A stretch of DNA of 63,197 nucleotides, filler included, from Octopus bimaculoides (GCF_001194135.2; 4 parts of 4 records of this genome joined end to end with filler, not necessarily neighbours in it), one strand, 5' to 3'. Positions 39,955 through 52,938 are shown, counted from the whole stretch's first letter. The notes: generated from the letters alone by a model not told the origin. Program-made: numbers and translations.

Positions 39955-40095
39955 AGCGTACTAGAAATAGCAGCTAAATTTCCTTTAACACTTACGCATC
40001 TAGGCAATGTAGTTTTATCTAAAATGGACATGAAAAAACACAGTGGAACCTGATTGGAATGCCTTTGATCATGTAGTTAACCCGGAACAAAATAA
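39955..40095 (+). repeat. Interspersed SINE-tail-like repeat (second copy at 55025-55200)
   Basis: The blocks CTAG(A/G)AATAGCAGC(T/C)AAAT...AATGTAGT...TGGAATGCCTT are shared between the two loci. Confidence 0.6.
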
Positions 40096-40100
40096 CATCA

Positions 40101-40142
<42 letters not shown>

Positions 40143-40318
40143 CTGTATAGTATAGGACAATCAGTAAGTTGTCATAATAGGACTCAGAGTTTCAATTGCC
40201 GGAGCTAAGAGCTACGATGCATTTCCGTCGGTTTACTGATTGTCCTATACTATACGTATATAAATTCCCCTATTTACCTAATACCGAGGTCTCAATATTT
40301 TGTTGTCATTTTATTATC

Positions 40319-40356
<38 letters not shown>

Positions 40357-40717
40357 TACGTGTGTGTGTGTGTGTGTGTGTGTGAGTATTTGGTGAATTT
40401 ACGTTCAAGCATATCAGCGGTTCGACGAAAGAGACCGATAGAACAAGTACCAGGTTTAAAGAAAAATATATAATGCGATCGATTCGCTCCAGTCTAATAA
40501 TTGAAACAAGTAAAATGTAAAAGGTAAAATATAAAACATATATATATGCATGTACATATGTGCTTCTGTGTATGAATGCATATGTATGTATAAATTCAGT
40601 TTTTATAGACATGGGGCTAAGGAATATTTAAAAATAATAATTTTCTTTAAAATATTTTAACGATAAAATATTATTTAAGTTTAAAAGTCTTGAATTACGC
40701 CACACATACAATATTTA

Positions 40718-40800
40718 CATTATTCACATTATTTACATTTGACAGATATTTGTCCTCATCTTGTTTGTTCTTAACACAACATTTCAGCTGATATACACTC
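40718..40800 (-). mobile_element. Penelope-like terminal repeat, inverted copy
   Basis: Reverse complement of about 41513-41590 (GAGGGTATGTCAGCCGATACGTTGTGTTAACAACAAACAAGATGAGG...GTCAAATGTAAATAA). Confidence 0.75.
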
Positions 40801-40807
40801 TTAACCA

Positions 40808-40869
40808 CCGTAGTGGTTAAGAGCGCAGGCTACTAACCCCAAGATTCCGAGTTCGATTCCAAGCAGTGA

Positions 40870-40872
<3 letters not shown>
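40808..40872 (+). mobile_element. tRNA-like (pol III A/B box) SINE head followed by (AAT)n
   Basis: TAGTGGTTAAG A-box and GAGTTCGATTCC B-box are present, but the acceptor stem is not closed. Confidence 0.7.
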
Positions 40873-40941
<69 letters not shown>

Positions 40942-41129
40942 NNNNNNNNNNNNNNNNNNNNNNNNNNNNNNNNNNNNNNNNNNNNNNNNNNNNNNNNNNN
41001 NNNNNNNNNNNNNNNNNNNNNNNNNNNNNNNNNNNNNNNNNNNNNNNNNNNNNNNNNNNNNNNNNNNNNNNNNNNNNNNNNNNNNNNNNNNNNNNNNNNN
41101 NNNNNNNNNNNNNNNNNNNNNNNNNNNNN

Positions 41130-41480
41130 ATTGTCATAGGTGCCCTGGGAATGACAGCGAAACGGGCTGATTACTACCTAGATCAGATTCCAGGAAACCC
41201 CAAAATGGCTGAAGTTCAAAAGATAGTGTTCATGGGAACTGCCCATATCCTACGTAAAATACTGTCTATGTGATCTCAAATTTTAAAGCAAACACATAAT
41301 TTTCTTATGGTTTCTTAAACATTCACTTGAACAAAACTGTACAAATCCAAATATATGGTACCCTAGGCATAACACCTACATGAACTTCTAACTTGTTGTC
41401 TCTTGAGGTCTCTGGGTGAGACTTGGATCCAACTTGTACAAATGCAAAACAAAAGTCAAACATAAAATAATAATAATAAT
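41130..41480 (+). mobile_element. Dong/R4 LINE 3' end inserted in (AAT)n
   Basis: IVIGALGMTAKRADYYLDQIPGNPKMAEVQKIVFMGTAHILRKILSM* is followed by the 3' UTR and AATAATAAT; (AAT)n also lies upstream across the gap. Confidence 0.88.
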
Positions 41481-41500
41481 AACATCGTCCAAAATTTCTC

Positions 41501-41600
41501 ACGATGAAGGCTGGAGGGTATGTCAGCCGATACGTTGTGTTAACAACAAACAAGATGAGGCCAGATATCCGTCAAATGTAAATAACGTACATAATTTCTC
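41501..41600 (+). mobile_element. Penelope-like terminal repeat with degenerate hammerhead core
   Basis: ACGAUGA-A-GGCUG-GAGGGUAUGU-CAGCC-GAUAC-GUU has a perfect 5-bp stem II. The core is mutated here, while the inverted copy keeps GAAA. Confidence 0.6.
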
Positions 41601-42100
41601 ATCTCTGAAATATAGAACTGTACGCCATCCATGTCTCAACTTAGGAAATATAAATATACACGCAGACACAAACACACACCCACACTCACAAGTCGATATA
41701 CCTGCGCATGAATGTTTGCAGGCAAATATGAATACGAATAAATATTTCTTAATCTAAATTCAAACGTGGAAATAAATTCCAACTTAAATGCAAATTCCAA
41801 TGTATATCTTCATTTTGCTATCACACCCCGCATCAAATATCGCCCATTGTTTAGCTGATTCATAAAGGTTGTTGCATTTTTTTAATGAATAAACAAGATG
41901 CTCTTTTGAAAAACTATTTCAAAACGCATATTTATACATACATATTTCCTTGTTCACAAATTGAAATTTTACAAACAATTTTCATTCAGAATCGTATTTT
42001 ACTACGTATTTCGCCCAAAAAAATTTCCAGAAAAGTGCAAAATGAAGAGAGGAGTGAAGGGGAGGGGGTAATTGCTTCCTTAACCAATTTATGAAATTAT

Positions 42101-42207
42101 GAAGCTTGCTTCCCAACTACATGGTTCCGGGTTCAGTACCATTGCGTGGCACTTGTCCTCTACTATAGCCTTGGGCCGACCAAACCCTTCTGGGTGGATT
42201 TGGTATA
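42101..42207 (+). mobile_element. SINE family A 5' part
   Basis: ATGGTTCCGGGTTCAGTACC...CTACTATAGCCTTGGGCCGACCAAA...GTGGATTTGGTA. Confidence 0.8.
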
Positions 42208-42229
42208 CTTTTAAGATGTCTGTTTGTGT

Positions 42230-42285
<56 letters not shown>

Positions 42286-42973
42286 GAACAGACATCTTAA
42301 AAGTATATAGACACGATCAGTTTTGAAAGATATATATGTATATATGTGTGTGTATATACAAACACGTGTGAATATGTTTGTGTGTTTTTGCCAGAGTGTA
42401 ATTGTATGTGCGTGCGTCTCTACGTCAAAAGGTATAATTACGTATGTATAAATAGTATTCATACAATCCCTGGTAAAGGGGAAGTTGTGTTAAACAGTGG
42501 AACAAACTCTTCGTCATGCAAAGGTGCGTCTATTTTCCCAAATGCACAACGTTGAGAAAATATTAAACAGATGCGGTGAAGGAAAATGCTGGTACTTACA
42601 ATGTACATTCCTTGATAGACTATGAGCCTTTGCGTATATAAATATTTACATATGTCCATAAAGACACATACAGGTTCCCTCTCTCTTCCTCCCTCTCTTT
42701 TATTCTCTCCCCTCTCCCTCTTTTTCATATATATCCACACAAATGTATATCTAAGTGTGTCTGCTTGCATATATGTTTGTGTGTGTGTGTGTGTGGAAAT
42801 GTGTGTTTATGGGTGGTGTATATATTTGTGGGCGTACGTGAGCGTATGTAGTAGACGGAAATAGAATTTTAATTGATAAAACCGAACGCTCCGATCAGAC
42901 TGAAGGGTTGAAGGTGGATAAAGTTGTAACCCCAATATATATACATATACATATGTGTGTGTGTGTATGTATC

Positions 42974-43010
<37 letters not shown>

Positions 43011-43552
43011 TTATTTTCGTATGTTGTATTATGTGTGTTTGCATATATATATATTCACACATAGCTATGTATACATACACATATGGGGTTAAGGTATTTT
43101 CTTTGTAACGATTCTATATGCTTATACACCCACATGGTGTACCGTTGCCACAGGTAGGTTAAGCCAGTCTAATGTTATTATTAAATACCATTCCCCTCTA
43201 ATAAAGTCATCAAGGAAATGATTTGATTGACATCAAAGAACATCGGGGAAATATATATGCCCAGGTGTACGTCGATATATATATACATATATACACATAC
43301 GTAGTCGTGCACATATAAATACGTGTATATTTTTATATATGTGCATGCGTGTGTATAAATAGGTTGTATGAATGAGTGCATCGTTCAGCCTTTATATCAT
43401 TACGTCTCTCAAAACCGGTCTTGTTGTTTCTGTAGCGTCACTTTATGATACGATACGTTACTTAGCGGCTCGACAAATTCAGTAGGACGGAATAAAACCC
43501 CTTGCAATACTGTAGTCGAATGATTCAAGCTAGTAGTAGAATTTAACCCCAT

Positions 43553-43605
<53 letters not shown>

Positions 43606-44395
43606 NNNNNNNNNNNNNNNNNNNNNNNNNNNNNNNNNNNNNNNNNNNNNNNNNNNNNNNNNNNNNNNNNNNNNNNNNNNNNNNNNNNNNNNNNNNNNNN
43701 NNNNNNNNNNNNNNNNNNNNNNNNNNNNNNNNNNNNNNNNNNNNNNNNNNNNNNNNNNNNNNNNNNNNNNNNNNNNNNNNNNNNNNNNNNNNNNNNNNNN
43801 NNNNNNNNNNNNNNNNNNNNNNNNNNNNNNNNNNNNNNNNNNNNNNNNNNNNNNNNNNNNNNNNNNNNNNNNNNNNTATATATATATACATATATATATA
43901 TACATATAGATAGATACATACATACATACATACATACATACATACATACATACATACATACATGCATACATACATACATAGACACACAGACATATATGTA
44001 TATACATACGTACGTATTTGTTATATTTATGTCAGTATTATTTTCTACTCCGTTGAATACCTGAATAGAACATTGTCCCTTCCTCCAGGCGCAGCTGGTA
44101 AAACAAAATTGCCATAGACGATTTCATTTACCAATTGTTTTGCTGCAAGATGGTTCACATTCATTAATTCACAACTCTTATTTTTATTTATTTATTTGTC
44201 CATTTACCTACATATTTATTTACTTAGAGAAGGGGAGAGAGGCAGGAAGTGACTTAAAGAGACAGAGAGCAATAATAGAGAGAGTGACTGTGAGAAAGGG
44301 AAGACGTTCTTTATGAGTCTTCTCTCTGTAACTCCTATAGACATTTTCTATTGATCACGAATCATCTAACGACATTTTCTGTGAAATTAATACTT

Positions 44396-44553
44396 GTGGC
44401 TGTGTGGTAAGTAGCTTGTTTATGAACGACATGGTTCCGGGTTCAGTCCCACAGCGTGGCATCTTGGGCTAGTGTCTTCTACTATAGCCTCGGGCCGACC
44501 AAAGCCTTGTGAGTGGATTTGGTAGACGGAAACTGAAAGAAGCCCGTCGTATA

Positions 44554-44590
<37 letters not shown>

Positions 44591-44812
44591 GTGTGTGTGT
44601 GTATCTGTGTTTGTCACCCCCCCCCACAACATCGCTTCACAAACGATGCTGGTGTGTTTATGTCCCCGAAACCTAGCGGTTCGGCAAAACAGACCGATCG
44701 AATAAGTATTGGGCTTACAAAGAATAAGTCCTGGGGTCGATTTGCTCGACTAAAGGCGGTGCTCCAGCATTGCCGCAGTCAAATGACTGAAACAAGTAAA
44801 AGAATAAAAGAG
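44396..44812 (+). mobile_element. Full-length tRNA-derived SINE, family A (CORE-like domain, internal (TG)n)
   Basis: A-box GTGGCTGTGTGGTAAG, B-box GGTTCAGTCCC, CORE-like TCTTGGGCTAGTGTCTT, and A-rich tail GAAACAAGTAAAAGAATAAAAG. It resembles the octopus OR-type SINEs. Confidence 0.9.
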
Positions 44813-45992
44813 TAAAAAAGAGTTTATTGGAATTAGCTCTCCTTCACTTTGAGAGTCACTAAAATTAGATCACTTGCGTAAGCGTCATCCTCCATCTGGA
44901 GCATAACTCATCGACAATTTTCTCCTGTATTCTTGACTATGGGCTGTCTCTACTGTATCTCTGCAGTTCGATCCCTACTTTTCAACTCTACCTTAGTATC
45001 CCGCCTCCAGCTATTTTATGACATCCTCTCTTTTGCCTCCGTGAACTTTTGGTATGAAATGCTGGATATTTGGTTCCTTTCGGATTTTGCTGCACTGCAT
45101 CATATGTTTCCCCTTCCTATCTCAGGTCTTATGGATTTAAGATCACCATCAATGATTCAGTATCTTAGCTATTCTTCTAGGTGGCGATGTTTCTCCTATG
45201 CAAGCCCATATTTATTTCTTTGAAGAATGTTTCCATAGCCTGGTGCCTATTCCTTCCTTCATCCATACGGCATAAGCACCCCTATCAGAAGCTTGCGCAC
45301 CGCTGCCATAGCATTTGAGACCCACAGGCCACAACACCATGAGGACAGGAGCTTGTCGCGAAAAGTCTGAGATGCCTACTCGTGTTCACTCTCTTTTTCC
45401 AATTGTGAGCAAAATTCCAATTCACGGAGAATTTCAAGCGTATGCCATTCACTACTTCACCACCAACTTAAATTTTCTTCTTTCACACGTTTATTCAAAC
45501 TTCATACATTTTAAACTTTTTTATCATCCATATAAATTTCGTTTATTTTATTTGATTTTATTTCATTTTATTGTGTCGTTTCCTCTGTCGTCTGTTCTTT
45601 TCATATTCCGCCATTATATTCTTTGTCTTCATATTCTTACTGCTGTGTATTTCATAGTAATGGTATTCAGATGAATTCTTTGAATATTTTGAATGTTTTG
45701 AAATCACTTTCATAATAAAACATAGCATTACTGTTCAATGTTCATCTCTTAGATGAGGATCTGATTTGTGAAGCTTGTAGTTGTAATTTGAGACCTTTCT
45801 GTTTCATTGAAAACAAAAAAAAAAACGAGATGCGTTAAACATTATAAACTGTATTGAGTATGTCATCTGCTTTGTAAACACGAGCGTTTTACTTCATTAT
45901 ACATAAAAATATAAACACATACACACACATACATATATTTATATATATGAACTCAGGTGTGTGTATATATACTCATATATTCTCACACACAC

Positions 45993-46051
<59 letters not shown>

Positions 46052-46209
46052 CATATATATGCAAATATGTATGTATGTATGTACGTACGCACGTACGTAC
46101 GCATGTATACAGTAGCAAAATATAATTCTCAATATATTTGAGAATTATTAATATTTTATACACAATATGTTGAAAATAAGATACGATATAAAATCATATA
46201 TATATGATA

Positions 46210-47000
46210 GTAATGGTTCCATGAGGAACTGTACTGAGACCATTACTATCTTTACTGGCTCTGTCAGACATGCCCTTAACCGCGCAGTTAGCTGCTCCCA
46301 CCAGCTACGCAAGTAGTCAAGGACCTTTACGACATACTTAAAATACAAAACGACCAGCATGCAATATACAATTGGGCTGACGAAAATGACACATAGTTGA
46401 ATGCTGAAAAGTTTCACTCACTCCAATATCGGCTCTCAAACAGATTACAATCGGAATACACAGGGCCAGTGGGTAATGCAATCCCAGAGTTAGAATCAGT
46501 GCGTGACATGGGAATCCACATGAGAAATGAGGAAACGTTCCATGCGAATATTACCAAGATAGCAACGTTGTGTGGGCGAGATGCTGGATAGATTCTTAGA
46601 TAATTTAGGACCAGAAGTATGGATATCTAGTTACTCCACTGAAGAACTTTTGTTCTCAGGCGTCTGTATTACTGCTCCTAACTGTGGTCAGCGCAGAGCG
46701 TCGTACTGGTGGCAAGACTTGAGAAGAAGATTGACTCAGTGAAAGAGATGAGCTACTGGAAGACGCTAAAAGAACTGAAGTTCTACGCCCTAAAGGGAAG
46801 GCGTGACAGATATGCAGTGATATACATGTGGAAGATCCTGGAAAGTCTAGCTCCCAGCTTTGGAATTAAAAGTTATACCAGTCACCTAATAGGGACACAG
46901 CACTGCAATAGCTTGGGTTTCAGGCAATACAACTGTTGAACATCATGTGGAACAACCTCAGAGTTTTGCGAGGTGTAGATGTGGAGTTTTTACAAAAAAC
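46210..47000 (+). mobile_element. CR1-clade LINE RT fragment
   Basis: VP*GTVLRPLL...DMP, NAEKFHSLQY, ESVRDMGIHM and SYWKTLKELKFYALKGRRDRYAVIYMWKILESL. Confidence 0.85.
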
Positions 47001-47175
47001 ATCTGGACAAATCTCTATGAGAAATCACAGATGTACTTACATCGCGACAGATGACACTAACCACAAGCAGTACAGAAAAGAGACCTAAACACAGTGAAAG
47101 CAGTGCTCCAGTATAGCTCTAGCCCTTATATGGAACCAGTAAAAGATAAAATATATACGTACATGCAATCATACA

Positions 47176-47220
<45 letters not shown>

Positions 47221-47225
<5 letters not shown>

Positions 47226-47436
47226 CTTTACTACCCACAAGGGGCTACACACAATGACAGACAAACGGATTAAGTTGATTATATCGACCCCAGTGCGTAA
47301 CTGGTACTTATTTAATCGACTCCGAAAGGATGAAAAGCAAAATCGACCTGGGCGGAATTTGAACTCAGAACGTAGCGGCAGACGAAATACTGCTAAGCAT
47401 TTCGCCCTGCGTGCTAACGTTTCTGCCAGCTGCCGC
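47221..47436 (-). mobile_element. SINE family B
   Basis: ATCGACCCCAGTGCGTAACTGGTACTTATTTAATCGAC...GAATTTGAACTCAGAACG...GCTAACGTTTCTGCCAGC. Confidence 0.9.
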
Positions 47437-48459
47437 GCGCGCGCGCGTCTGTGTGTGTGTTTGTGTGTGTGTGTGTCAGTGTCTGTCTGTGCATGTGCGA
47501 GTGTGCTTGTGTATGTGTGCTTGTGAGTGTGTTTAAACAACTTCAGTGTCTCTACATGCCTGTTTAACCCACTTAAACAGCAGTCAATCATCCAGCAAAA
47601 CAAAACCACGCAGACTAAAGTAAGGGTATTCGTTAAATAATATAGGGGACACTAAGAAAGGGAGGATATGCTTGAAAGAAATGCTTTTCATCAAAGGCCA
47701 GCGCGATAAAGATTGACCCAGCACGAAATCACAACGGCAACGAACACCAAGAAATACTCTGTCTGATTGTGTGTGCGTGGGTGTATGTATGTATGTGTGA
47801 CCGTATGATAGTGGAAGCGAAAACTGAGAAAGTTATACGACAAGGAAAATTCCTATCTTGCGTGAATGAATTTATATGTCACTTGGTTAGAAGCCCGATA
47901 TAGCTAGTTCTTAGATACTATTAACATAAGGGCCGGTTTCCCTGGCGTATAAATTGCCCACCTGAACGGGACGCGAAATCTATTTTCTCAGCGGAGTTCA
48001 AGACCTCAGTAATGAACTCATTTGCATACAGCCAATCAGATCTCACCTTGAAAATCCACATACTTTTTACTACTACGGTACAGCTAGTCAGGCATTGAAT
48101 GGTGTATGCCACTCTATGAGTACATCATAGCAGGTCTCACATAAGCGCCACATTCCCCCCACCACCATCATCATAGATCAATTGAGCACCATCTCTATAT
48201 GGAACTAACATTAGGTAACTGTACTCAGACTGAGATTAGTGATACTGCATGTACCCGTTGATATATGCAAGGAGGACGCAATACGAAACGACGCCATATT
48301 GATTGCGATGTTTCCAGATCAACACCAACATTTTAAATTACGAATGTACTAAATCAGTCAAAAAATTAGGGAACAACACTCATTTACATTTTCTAGTAAA
48401 TTACCCAAATTGGCAACACTTAAGACATCATCTCTGAGCAGCTCTCCATTCCCCTTTTT

Positions 48460-48624
48460 TTTCAGTCATTGGACTGCGGCCATACTGGAGTTCCGCCTTT
48501 TCGTCGAGCAAATCGATCCCAGGACTTATTTTATCCGTAAGTTACGAGGACGTAAACATACCAGTATCGGTTGTCAAGCGATGTTGGGGTGTAAAACACA
48601 GACACGAACATACACACACACACG

Positions 48625-48668
<44 letters not shown>

Positions 48669-49036
48669 NNNNNNNNNNNNNNNNNNNNNNNNNNNNNNNN
48701 NNNNNNNNNNNNNNNNNNNNNNNNNNNNNNNNNNNNNNNNNNNNNNNNNNNNNNNNNNNNNNNNNNNNNNNNNNNNNNNNNNNNNNNNNNNNNNNNNNNN
48801 NNNNNNNNNNNNNNNNNNNNNNNNNNNNNNNNNNNNNNNNNNNNNNNNNNNNNNNNNNNNNTATATATATTTATAACGGGCTTCCTTCAGTTTCCGTCTA
48901 CCAAATCCACTGTCAAAACTTTGGTTGGCTCGAGGCTATAGTAGAAGACACTTGCCCAAGGTGCCACGCAGTGGGACTGAACCCGGAACCATCTAGTTGG
49001 TAAGCAAGCTACTTACCACACAGTCGCTCCTCCGCC
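48460..49036 (-). mobile_element. SINE family A spanning a gap
   Basis: Reverse complement of the 44396 element; head ...ACTTACCACACAGTCGCTCCTCCGCC and tail TTCAGTCATTGGACTGCGGCC. Confidence 0.9.
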
Positions 49037-49224
49037 TAAAATTTCACATTTGTCACCCCTATTAACCCGTTTAGAACAGTTAGATTTTACTATAACGCAC
49101 ATTTTCTACTGAACTCAACCAGAGTAGTTACGTGATTAGGTGGACACTAGTTTGGTAATTGAGTTCTGATTGGCTATATGCAAACTGGGGTCCGTAACTC
49201 TCGTAGGAAACAAAACTTTGCGAA

Positions 49225-49386
49225 CGTGACGCCAGTCCGTCACAAGATTAATCATTTTTGCCAGCTGAGTGGACTGGAGCAGTATGAAATGAAGTGTTTT
49301 CCACAACGCGTCACCCGTTCCAGGAATCGAAACAACAATCGTACGAACATGAGCGCAATTGCCTAACCACTGAGCCACGCGCCTCC
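49225..49386 (-). mobile_element. SINE family C
   Basis: The minus strand reads GGAGGCGCGTGGCTCAGTGGTTAGG...TTTCGATTCCTGG...ACACTTCATTTCA...CCAGTCCACTCAGCTGG. Confidence 0.8.
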
Positions 49387-49526
49387 GCGTGCATACACTT
49401 GGCCCAGGAGCTACTCCGATTCTGGGATGATATCTTCGCTTGCTTTTCCAATTAGACGATAATACATCCACACGCAAACACACGCATACATGCATGCATA
49501 CATACATACATACATACATACATACA

Positions 49527-49558
<32 letters not shown>

Positions 49559-49930
49559 GGTGCAGCCGTGGTTGTATGGTGAGAAGTTTGCTTCCCAACC
49601 ACATGGTGCCGGGTTCGTTCCCACAGCGTCTCGGGCAAATGCCTTCTACGTTAGCCGCGGCCCGACCAAAGCCTTGTGAGTGGATTTGGTAGACGGAGAC
49701 CGGAAGAAGCCCGCCGTATATGTATGTGTGTGTGTGAGAGAGAGAGAGGGAGAGGGAGAGAGACAGACAGCTTGATAACCGGCGTTGGGTGTGTTTATGT
49801 CTCCGTATGTAACTTAGCCGTTCAACAAAAGAGAGAGAATAAGTACTAGGCCTAAAAGAAAACATCCTAGGCTCGATTTTGTTCGACTTAGTCCGTTCAT
49901 CGCGTGCCCCTGCATGGCCACAGTCTAATG
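49559..49930 (+). mobile_element. SINE family A (diverged)
   Basis: GGTGCAGCCGTGGTTGTATGG...GGGTTCGTTCCC...ACCAAAGCCTTGTGAGTGGATTTGGTAGACGG, with an internal (TG)/(AG) microsatellite. Confidence 0.85.
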
Positions 49931-49991
49931 ATAGATGAATATATATACACACAAATGTATATATACATACACACACACACACACGCACACA

Positions 49992-50048
<57 letters not shown>

Positions 50049-50058
50049 NNNNNNNNNN

Positions 50059-50120
<62 letters not shown>

Positions 50121-50668
50121 TACAGACATCTCAAAGGTATATAGACACTTCTCCCTTCTTGTTACTATCGACATACATACACACACACACGAATGTTTAC
50201 ACGCCCATGCATATACATGTTTATACACCGATGTGTGTGTATGCGTTGGCAAAGGTATGTTTGTATGTATGCATGTAATACGTATGTACATTCTCGTTTT
50301 GTTGTGAGTTTTTTATGTGCTTAGTTTCAAAAGACGTGGTACTTTCAGGTTTGTTCAATATAAGTGACCCCCTTATTTTATTTTATTTTATTTTTTTAAC
50401 AAGAATAATATTCAATAGATATCGTCTGTGCACTCTGGTAACCAATATAAACATTGGTAAGAGCGTAAAGTTAGGTGGAGAATAATTTTCAATAATAGAG
50501 TAAGGGAACAAGATGGAGGGTATATGTAAAGGAGGATTAATACTTAGGGCTAGTGGATGTAATACACATTTGTATTAAGGGCATGCGTCAATCTATTTGT
50601 TCATCTCTCTCTGTGTCTATCTATCATTCTTTCCATTTACATTCATATGCTTATTTATCTCTCCCTCC

Positions 50669-50724
<56 letters not shown>

Positions 50725-50886
50725 NNNNNNNNNNNNNNNNNNNNNNNNNNNNNNNNNNNNNNNNNNNNNNNNNNNNNNNNNNNNNNNNNNNNNNNNNNNN
50801 NNNNNNNNNNNNNNNNNNNNNNNNNNNNNNNNNNNNNNNNNNNNNNNNNNNNNNNNNNNNNNNNNNNNNNNNNNNNNNNNNNNNNN

Positions 50887-50952
<66 letters not shown>

Positions 50953-51144
50953 TTTCGGAAATGAACTTCTGTAGCAAATAATATGATCTGAGACCGTGTG
51001 TTCAAACTAAAGCAATTACAGCGTGGTATACACATATTAGCCATTCAAAAGTACACAACGACTGTTAACGTACTTAAACATTTTTTCGTCACACTAACTG
51101 CTGCTTGATCACTAACACGGATCAACTGCCTACAGTGTTGTATA

Positions 51145-52408
51145 CCGGGGATGGACAAAATAATGGACGCACCATAAAATTTCAAACAAATTTATTTCAA
51201 TATGAAGTAGGACCGCCTTTGGCAGTAATTACAGCTTGAATTCTACGAGGTATGGACTCGTACAAAGTTTGAATTGTTTCCAAAGGAATTTTTGTCCATT
51301 CTTCAGCTAAAACAGACTCCAGTTCTTGTAGTGATGATGGTGGAGGATATCGACTCCTTACTTGTTTTTCTAAAATGCACCATAAATGTTCAATAATATT
51401 GAGATCTGAGGACTGTGGTGGCCAGATAAGGTGTTCAACTTCACTAGAATGTTCCTCGTACCATTGAGTAACAACTTTAGCTGTGCGAATTGGTTCATTA
51501 TCATCCTGGAAGATTGCGTTTCCTTTCGGAAACAGTTCCGCAAACATAGGATGAATTTAATCAGACAAAATGCTTAAATAGTCTTGACTATTAATTCTGC
51601 CATGAATTTCCTAGATATAGCCCCCCCCCCAACTCCCATATTATCACAGGTCCACCCCCATGTATAACAGTTGGAAAAAGGCAGTTTGGGTTAAATGCTT
51701 CTTTTGGTTGTCTCCACGCGTATATTCGGCCGGTGGTAGGAAATGAAGCAAAGGATGATTCGTGCGAGAAAATAACATTCTTCCACTTCTCTAGGGACCA
51801 ATTATGTAGATTCTTAGTCCACTCTAAACGCTTTAAAACGTTTGTTTTTGAAAGTAGTGGTTTTTCTGATTGCAGCACTCCTGTGAAATCTGGATTTGTG
51901 TAGCTCCCGGCGAACATTTTTTGTGGAAACTGGGTTCCCGGGGTGGTCATTAAGACCTGCAGCAAATTTGGGAGCTGTACTTTTGTGATCGTTTCTAACA
52001 ATTCACGTAAGAGTCGAACGGTCCTTATCTGAAAGCTTTGGGTTCCTTCTGGAGTCTTGTTTCGACGAGGAAGTTTTTCCCTCTTTCTCAAAGGCTGTCA
52101 TTACTTTCGAGACAGTACTTCTTGATACACCAAACATTTCGGCTGTTTCCGTTTCGCTAGCACTTGCCATGCGAACACCAGCAATTTGACCTGTTTGAAA
52201 TTCCAACAGATCTGTCATTTTAATGAATTTAATTACCTTTTTCTGATGATATCTGAAAAGAAACAGCAATTTTAGCAAAACGTGTTAAGCAACACTAATA
52301 ATAAATAAAAAAAAACTTAGAAATAAACAAGCTTTTGACAGTTTTATAAATTTTTGAAAATGATGATGCTGTGATACTAGGTGTTTCCATTATTTTGTCT
52401 AACCCCTG
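51145..52408 (-). mobile_element. Full-length decayed Tc1 (DD34E) transposon
   Basis: ~29-bp terminal inverted repeats (CCGGGGATGGACAAAATAATGGACGCACC and reverse complement GGTGTTTCCATTATTTTGTCTAACCCCTG), with TA at 51143-44. The transposase runs from an HTH (MTDLLEFQTGQI...) through WKNVIFSHES to FQDDN...WPPQSSDLNIIEHLW, with frameshifts. Confidence 0.92.
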
Positions 52409-52439
52409 TGTGTGTGTGTATGTGTGTGTGTGTGTGTGC

Positions 52440-52471
<32 letters not shown>

Positions 52472-52500
52472 CCACGCGTGTGGGTGTGTATTGATGTTTG

Positions 52501-52938
52501 GGCTTAAAAAGAGTAGTAGCAGAGCCACGTATGGAACAACCTCGTTGGCGTAGTAATAACCGTTACGTTTTCGTATCGAGATTTTAGAACTAGCTACTTT
52601 GCTTACTGTAAGATCACCGGGTGTGTCTCGCTTGTTTGTTTATACATCTTTTTATACAAACTAGGACGAATGACTGCTATTCTACAGATAGGTATAACCA
52701 TTACTGATGAAGAGTTATACACAGAAACCAGCTGGTCTTTTGGTTCCTGCCACCGATGGATGGGAGTTGTTCAGTCTCTTGTTTGCAATATAACAGACAC
52801 AGATAGTGTGTCGTTAACCAGCTGGAGGAGATGTCCTCCTAGGCTCAAAAAGAGTAGTAACAGTGTTCTGTATGAAACAACCTCGTTAAGGTTGTAACTT
52901 GCATCTCGTATAGAGATTTTATAACTAGCTACTTTACT
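52501..52938 (+). repeat. Second locus of the ~340-bp hammerhead repeat family (about 1.3 units)
   Basis: GGCT(T/C)AAAAAGAGTAGTA recurs at about 52501 and 52842 (about 340 bp apart). GAGATTTTAGAACTAGCTACTTTGC and AGGACGAATGACTGC match the reverse complement of the 14.6-kb units. Confidence 0.85.
52690..52750 (+). ncRNA. Type I hammerhead ribozyme motif (canonical core)
   Basis: UAGG-UAU-AACCAUUA-CUGAUGA-A-GAGU-UAU-ACAC-A-GAAAC-CAGCUG-GUC-UUUUGGUU-CCUG has a palindromic stem III loop, a GUC site at 52735-37, and two U.U mismatches in stem I. Confidence 0.8.

Noticed and set aside
40808-40872. Possible tRNA gene
   Set aside because: A and B boxes are present, but the acceptor stem is not formed and it runs into (AAT)n; it is a SINE-like head.
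48020-48040. Octamer (ATTTGCAT) plus CCAAT box, histone- or snRNA-promoter-like
   Set aside because: There is no downstream histone ORF or snRNA; it is probably part of a repeat.
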